The notes beneath the pieces were generated by a model, which saw nothing but the letters and a program-made list of their open reading frames with translations, ran no database searches and had not been told where the DNA came from. Shown piece after piece: positions 50,851-57,896 of a stretch of 57,896 bases of DNA. A program made the position numbers and the translations under genes. How positions within the stretch are numbered: position 1 is the first letter of the stretch; each line of letters begins with the position of its first letter. The DNA lies in assembly GCF_001194135.2 (NCBI RefSeq), contig NC_068982.1, positions 73,963,633 to 74,021,528 of the forward strand. The letters are read 5' to 3'. Origin of the DNA: Octopus bimaculoides (taxonomy: Eukaryota).

Positions 50851-51068
50851 TATTTATTATTTTCTACCTTAGGCACAAGGCCTGAAATTTTGGGGAGTGG
50901 GGCAGTCGATTAGATCGATCTCAGTCCGCAAATGGTACTTAATTTATCGACTCCTAAACGATGAAAGGCAAAGTCGACCTCAGCATAATTTGAACTCAGA
51001 ACGTAAAGACAAACGAAATGCCACTAAGCATTTCGACCGGTGTGCTAACGTTTCTGCCAGCTTGTCAC
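50851..51068 (-). mobile_element. SINE family 2 copy
   Basis: Similar to 57671-57896 (AAGGCAAAGTCGACCTC...TTTGAACTCAGAACGTA...GCTAACGTTTCTGCCAGC). Confidence 0.8.
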
Positions 51069-52729
51069 AAAAGCCATTCCTATTCATTTTTTCATGTGTG
51101 TGTGTGTGTGTGTGTGTGCATAAGAAATCGTTTCTTGGATGTTTAACCACCGCATGAAAACTTAGCCTAGATTTTTCTCTGAGATTCTTTCCACACATTT
51201 TCGGCATTAGTACTAGGAAAAATTTATGAGGTCACCTGTCACACTTATTTTGGTTCCATTGTCTAAGTTAATGTTCGTAGGTCAAAAGCAGGTTGACATA
51301 GATAATGTATCTTCCATTCTTCTCTGACATACTTCAACTTTCCAATAAGTATAAAAGCAAACTCTTATAGAACATTGGTGGCGGAGTCAGTCGTTCATGG
51401 TTCCACACACGATAAGTTTTTCCCTTTCTAACAAGTAGTTCTTCCTAGCAGACGCACATCTCAGCCTGCACGAGCTTTATCATTGTGATTCTCCCTTTAC
51501 CCCACTGTCCAACTGCTACAGAGAGTTTTGTATATCGACCTTACGTGGAATTTACAAGAAAATAAAAACTGTAAACAATATCTTTCTTCTTCGTGTTGAT
51601 ACAGTGCACATTACACTGTCTTGCAGAGTTTGAATGATTTAATTGTAACATAACTCATTACATTTGGTGACCATCGACTAAACAACCACATATCTTTATT
51701 ACATATAAAATTCGATTAGATGTTATGTTAGCCTCATGAAAGGATGGTGTCATCCAAGGAAATGCTGGTTCAATACCTAATAATTTTGGGGGATTGATTT
51801 CCATAAAATAATAGGTATATCTATAAAAACATGTCTTCCAAGCTGGCATGGGTTGGATAATTTGACAAGAGCTAAGTAAGCTGGCAAAATGCACTGGCTC
51901 CATTGTCTGCTTTGGCATGGTTTCTACAGATGGATACCTTTCCTTATGCCAACCGCTTTGTAGAGTGTATTGGGTACTCTTTATAACACTAACACCAATG
52001 GGGGTGTCAAGTAACTTGGAAGACAAAGATCTCTCAGCTGGGAGAAGGAGTGGAACTGAGGGAGGTGGCTTGGTGCTAATTGAGAGGTTAAAGTATAATA
52101 GAGGGATAGAGATAGGTATCTTACTAAAGAGGAGATACTTGGTTACTCCAAGAGAGAGAGAGAAATTGATGGTGGAACAGGAGTAGTATAAGTGGTTCAG
52201 AAGGGATAGAGAGGGATGTTCTATTAGAGAATGAGGGGGATATGTTTAGAGATGGGGGTAAAGTGACTGTAACAAGTGATGATGAGAGAAATTGGAATGG
52301 CTGGAAGTGGAGTATGGTAGATATATGAGGGCATGGAAAGTATATGGATAAGTACATAAAGGGAAATGGCGGGGCCTGCAGCAGGTGGTGATCGTGAGTG
52401 GTAGGAGAGGGTGTTGGGAAGATGGTTTGAGGGGTGGGGACAAATTGTGTTTGTGTGTGGGTGGGAGTGGCATAGCTGTAAAGAATATACCTGTGTATAT
52501 GGATGGCTACAATTATATTATCATTGTCATATAGTGTTGTTTATTTCCAAAACTCTGCAGAACATGTCTAGCTGTGGGGTAAAATTACCTTTCTTGGAAA
52601 CAGTTGAGTGTTGGCAATAGGAAGAGTATCCAGCTGTAGAGAAGTGGCCTCAAATAAAATCCGTCTGACTCATGCAAGCATGGGTAAGTGGATGTTTAAT
52701 GCTGATGATGATATGCATGTATGTAAGTA

Positions 52730-53425
52730 GGTATGTATGATTTTTTTCTTTGAGTTTTGTTTAAGTTCTTCTTGAGAGAGTTCAAGCCAGTTGCTAACAA
52801 AGCAACAAGACTTTTTGAGTTAAGAGTTCTCAGTGTTTGTAAATATGTCTTTGAGTTGGTGTGCTGGTTGAGCTATCCGATGCACACACCCAAGTGTGTG
52901 CATTTATACAACTGAAGAATCTTTGGAATGTCTTACAAATCTGCACAGTGCCACTAATAGATTGAATTTGGAGAATCTGCATCAATTTTTTTTTTGCTTT
53001 TTCTTCCTAAGACCTTGTATTTCTATTTTTTTTATTTTGTCTAAATTTATTGGTTAATAGCCTAATGCACATATGTTGATAGGTACAACTGAGAATTCAT
53101 AGTCAGAGTACAAGAACTGTGAATTCTGCATTAATTCACCATGTTTCCTTTTTCCTAAACCTTTGGTGGTACATTTACATCCACTGGAAAGCTGACCTGT
53201 ACAACAGTGCATGACTTTTGCACCCTGTTCACAGAACAGTATCAGGTCTGTTATGTTGACACTGATTTACTATTTTTATTGGAGTGTTCCACCAATGTCC
53301 CTTGTTTTTAAAGGTGTGAATACGTTCTAGTGCTGACATGACTTTCATGTATACATTAAGGCAATCTTTCCTGCAGATGTCATTGCAAATAGTCTTTCGA
53401 ATTATATCATAGTTCAGAGACATGT
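52730..53425 (-). mobile_element. 3' remnant of an RLE-type (R4/Dong/NeSL-like) non-LTR retrotransposon
   Basis: Frameshifted motifs HNRPD (53241-53255), CTVVQVSFPVDVNV, YSDYEFSVVPINICALGY, QSISGTVQICKTF (52926-52952), then a short 3' UTR ending in (TACA)n. Confidence 0.7.
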
Positions 53426-53740
53426 GTGTGTGTGTGTGTGCATGTGTAGAGGAAATTTTTGCTGAATCAGCAGTAAAACCCTAAATATTCTACTCTGTAG
53501 GTAGCAGGTCATTTGATTCCAACAATAGTAGCCTCTGGTTACCTTTGGGAGAAGGAATTTGGTAGATAGAATCTGTGCAGACATCCATCATATCTATATG
53601 TATGAGTCTGCATGTGTGTGTGTATGTATATGGGTCTGCCTGTGCATGCCTGTATGTATGTGTGTGTTTAAGGGCATGTGTGTGTCTATGTGTATGTATG
53701 TCTGCATGTGGGTGAATGGATGTGAGGGTTTAGTTAATAT

Positions 53741-54349
53741 CATCTACCCCAGTACTTGACTGGTTATTTTATTGAACCTTATAATGATGAAAGACAAAAT
53801 TGATCTCAGTGGGATTTGAACTCAGAACTTAAAAAGATAGGAAAAAAAAGTAGCATAAAGTAAAATTTTAATTCTTTCTAATTTTGACACAAAGTCAGCA
53901 GACTTGAGGGAAGGGGAAGTAAATTACATCAACCCCAGTACTCAACTGGTACTTATTCTATTGACCCCAAAACGATGAAAGGCAAAGTCACCCTTGAAGA
54001 AATTTTAACTCAGAACCTAAAGAGCTGGAACAAATATCACATAACACTTTGTCAACATTTAAATGATTCTAGCCATCCATCACCTTTAATAGGAATTATT
54101 TCTAAGTTTGGCACAAGGCCAGTAATTTTGAGGGGGGGGGGGCAAAGAATCAATTACATTGACCTCAGTACTTGACAAGTACTTTATTTCATCAACCCCA
54201 AAAGGATGCACTAATGATTCCGCCAGCTTGCTGCCTCTTAATAATACAATAATGATGATGATGATATTGATGGCCTTGATTACAAATTTTGGTGCATGGT
54301 CAGCAATTATGGGGGAGAGAGAAAGTCAGTTACCTCAGTTCCAGTATTC
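53741..54349 (-). mobile_element. Tandem cluster of 3-4 SINE family 2 copies or fragments
   Basis: Repeated CAACCCCAGTAC...TTGACCCC...AAAGG motifs, one junction with (ATG)n. Confidence 0.7.
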
Positions 54350-55534
54350 NNNNNNNNNNNNNNNNNNNNNNNNNNNNNNNNNNNNNNNNNNNNNNNNNNN
54401 NNNNNNNNNNNNNNNNNNNNNNNNNNNNNNNNNNNNNNNNNNNNNNNNNNNNNNNNNNNNNNNNNNNNNNNNNNNNNNNNNNNNNNNNNNNNNNNNNNNN
54501 NNNNNNNNNNNNNNNNNNNNNNNNNNNNNNNNNNNNNNNNNNNNNNNNNNNNNNNNNNNNNNNNNNNNNNNNNNNNNNNNNNNNNNNNNNNNNNNNNNNN
54601 NNNNNNNNNNNNNNNNNNNNNNNNNNNNNNNNNNNNNNNNNNNNNNNNNNNNNNNNNNNNNNNNNNNNNNNNNNNNNNNNNNNNNNNNNNNNNNNNNNNN
54701 NNNNNNNNNNNNNNNNNNNNNNNNNNNNNNNNNNNNNNNNNNNNNNNNNNNNNNNNNNNNNNNNNNNNNNNNNNNNNNNNNNNNNNNNNNNNNNNNNNNN
54801 NNNNNNNNNNNNNNNNNNNNNNNNNNNNNNNNNNNNNNNNNNNNNNNNNNNNNNNNNNNNNNNNNNNNNNNNNNNNNNNNNNNNNNNNNNNNNNNNNNNN
54901 NNNNNNNNNNNNNNNNNNNNNNNNNNNNNNNNNNNNNNNNNNNNNNNNNNNNNNNNNNNNNNNNNNNNNNNNNNNNNNNNNNNNNNNCAAATAGCATTTT
55001 TTTTTTACCAATTCTGCCATTGATATTTTTTGTTTTGTTTTTAATATTGATTATTATTCTTTTTTGTTTTGTCTCTTCATTATTTAAAAAAATAATTAGT
55101 TTTGTTTTTTAACCAAATGACATCATCTAAATCCAATTCATACAAATAATATCGAGGCAGTGGTGATGGTGGTTGAGGTGGCTCATATTTCAGAGTAGGA
55201 GTAAAAATAATAAAATAAATAAAATAAAATTCCAGAAATTTCTTTTTGAATATGTCATATCTTATTTTTAAAAAAAATCTTTTATTTAGGAAAGAACACA
55301 ATGCTCTTGACTCTTTGCAGAGCCTTCAAGAACTGTTGGGGGTAAGGTGGAGAGGCAGAGAGTGAAGAATGTATCCATAAACTTCTCAGGGCATCAACTG
55401 ACATGAGTTTCAAAGTCTAGCAGCTGACTTGGTAGAAGCTCAGAAGATTATCCACCATCTTTCCAACAAGAATTTTGGCCACCTTTTTTTTTGTTTTTAA
55501 TTCATTATCTTAACCATTTGTGAGGTCATGGGTT

Positions 55535-56055
55535 TGCAGAGTTGTTAGTATGCCAGGCAAAATTCTTAGTGTCATTTTGTCTGTCATTACATAAGTTCAA
55601 ATTCCTTTTACATAGTCTATAAAATAAGTACCAGTTGAACACAAGGGTTGATGAAATCAACTTATCCTCTCCCTTGAAATTGCTGGCCTTGTGTCAAAAT
55701 CTGAAACCAATATCTTTACCATTTGTGAGATGGCGAGCTGGCAGAGGTGTTAGCATGCTCAGCAGCATTTTGCCCATCCTCACCGATAGGAGGCACAAGA
55801 ACTTACACACTCGATAGTAAATTCTGCCTACCAAATTCAATCACAAGGCTTCAGTTGGCTGCACCTGAAACCAGTGGCTGGGAAGTAAGCTTCCTAACCA
55901 CACAACCACAAGTTCAAATTCTGCCAAAGTCAACTTTGCCTTTTATCCTTTCAGGGTCAATAAAGTAAGTACCAGTTTGAGTACTGGGGGTTGATGTAAT
56001 TGACTTAAATCCTTCTCCAAAAATATTAGCCTTGTGATGAAATTTGAAACCAATA
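55535..56055 (+). mobile_element. Cluster of SINE family 2 fragments with a SINE family 1 head fragment
   Basis: Motif homology to 5584-6485 and 22995-23384. Confidence 0.6.
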
Positions 56056-56074
56056 TCTCTACTATTCATGAACA

Positions 56075-56466
56075 GGTGTAGGAGTGGTTGTGTGGTAAGT
56101 AGCTTGCTTACCAGCCACATGGTTATGGGTTCAGTCCCACTATGTGGCACCTTGGGCAAGTGTCTTCTACTATAGCCTCGGGCCGACCAAAGCCTTGTAA
56201 GTAGATCTGGTAGACGGAAACTGAAAGAAGCCCATCGTATATATGTATATGTATATATATATATATGTGTGTGTGTTTGTCCCCCCAACATCGCTTGACA
56301 ACCGATGCTGGTGTGTTTACGTCCCCGTAACTTAGCGGTTCAGCAAAAGAGACCAATAGAATAAGTACTAGGCTTACAAAGAATAAGTCCTGGAGGTCGA
56401 TTTGCTCGACTAAAGGCGGTGCTCCAGCATGGCCACAGTCAAATGACTGAAACAAGTAAAAGAGTA
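56075..56466 (+). mobile_element. SINE family 1, young full-length copy
   Basis: Reverse complement of the 22995-23384 sequence, ends GTAAAAGAGTA. Confidence 0.88.
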
Positions 56467-57275
56467 TGCTTATAAATTCAAAAAACAAGAAAGAACTCAT
56501 AATTTTCAGAAACATTTTTTACTCTCAGAATTGTCAAAACATGGAATATTCTTGTAAGCTGTAAGAACACTGAATCTTTAAAAAAAATTCCATATTTTCT
56601 GAAATTTACCAATTCTACTCCTGATGTGCTTATGCAACCTTTCCTTTTTATGACTCCCATAACATCCAATTTTCTGTCTTTTTGTATTCTAGTCTGTGTA
56701 CTATGCATGCACTTCTAGCTTTCATTGCTGTCTTTCTTTAGTTGATATATATCTCTGCTCTCTGTCCCCTCTTTTACCCTTTTCTGATATATGATAGTGC
56801 ACCTCAGCAATATACTATATGCAGTGGTGTTCAATCCTGTCCCAAAGCTAGATACTAAACCCTCCAAAATCTTACAGACACACACACACACACACACTCA
56901 CGTGTGTATACATCATCATCATCATCATCATCGTTTTAACATCCACTTTTCCATACTTGTACTATCTGGAGTTTATTTAGGCAGATTTTCTATGGCCAGT
57001 TGCCCCTCATGTCACTAACCTCCTCCACCTGTTTCCAAGTAAGGTAATATTTCTCTGTGGGCATACAAGCTTTTACAGTATATTGGAAATCAAATGAGAT
57101 TGCTTGTATGACTATATTTACAACTATCATGCAATGTTAAGAGGACACACACACACACACACATACATACAAAAGATAGGCTTCTTTCTGTTCCTCTCCA
57201 CCAAATCCACTCGCAAGGCTTTGGTTGGCTTGGAGTGGAAGACACTTGATATATATATATATATATATATATATC

Positions 57276-57500
57276 AAAGTAGTGAGGAAGGCAAGCAATT
57301 AGTCAAAGCAGGACTATGGCATTTAAATTCATTTAATTCAATCTAAAAATAGTAAAATAATACAAAACTGGTGACGATAGTAAGGACTATCTATACTATC
57401 TTTACCAGTTTTGTATTATTTTACTGATTTTAGATTGAATAAAATGAATTTATATGCCATAGTCCTGCCTTGACTAATTGCTTCCCTTCCTCACTACTTT
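57276..57500. repeat. Foldback palindrome, about 107-bp arms
   Basis: AAAGTAGTGAGGAAG...GATAGTA and TACTATC...CTTCCTCACTACTTT, with a loop of about 11 nt. Confidence 0.9.
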
Positions 57501-57670
57501 AACTGATATGCACTGACTCAAAAGGTAAACTGCTAACTGCCAGCTGCTGGTCTAACTGGAATTTTGGTGGATTACCTATTGGAGCAAGCACTCAGAAGAC
57601 ATACCTATTTGTTTGGGTTACCTTGACCTAAACTCCTCATATCTTGTATGTATATATGTATGTATGTGTG

Positions 57671-57896
57671 TTATTTCTTTACTACCCACAAGGGGTTACA
57701 CACAGAGGGGACAAACAAGGACAGACAAACGGATTAAGTCGATTATATCGACCCCAGTGCGTAACTGGTACTTATTTAATCGACCCCGAAAGGATGAAAG
57801 GCAAAGTCGACCTCGGCAGAATTTGAACTCAGAACGTAGAGGCAGACGAAATACCGCTAAGCATTTCGCCCGGCGTGCTAACGTTTCTGCCAGCTA
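57671..57896 (-). mobile_element. SINE family 2, young copy (runs off the window end)
   Basis: CpG-rich, undecayed copy with tRNA-like A/B boxes on the minus strand. Confidence 0.85.

Noticed and set aside
2552-55112. Long ORFs in the track that span N-gaps (e.g. 3880-4824, 8330-9394, 27975-28489, 54159-55112)
   Set aside because: They are open only because N codons contain no stops. Only the part of 2552-3754 supported by splice sites and homology was kept.

Overview
AT-rich, repeat-dense animal genomic DNA with ten N-gaps. The SINE/RTE repertoire resembles octopus (cephalopod); this is inference from repeat families, not a database match. Two convergent spliced genes were reconstructed by hand. 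(1) On +, the last three coding exons of a WHAMM/JMY-family actin nucleation-promoting factor (760-855, 2626-3479 across a gap, 5120-5337). (2) On -, a complete 10-exon mitochondrial ribosomal protein S27 gene (MRPS27; ATG at 49691, stop at 28824; 1488 nt CDS, 495 aa; all introns GT-AG with consistent phases). The rest is tRNA-derived SINEs, RTE-LINE tails, RTE, mariner and RLE-type LINE remnants, piggyBac-type (TTAA) and TA-target MITEs, microsatellites and several long foldback palindromes. Top observation: a foldback in MRPS27 intron 8 whose arm carries a type I minimal hammerhead-ribozyme layout on the pre-mRNA strand. A second foldback has a degenerate version of that layout. A third has arms built from a tRNA-Met-like Pol III unit. 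The WHAMM/JMY acidic tail lacks the usual tryptophan. No rRNA, CRISPR array or prokaryotic sequence was seen.
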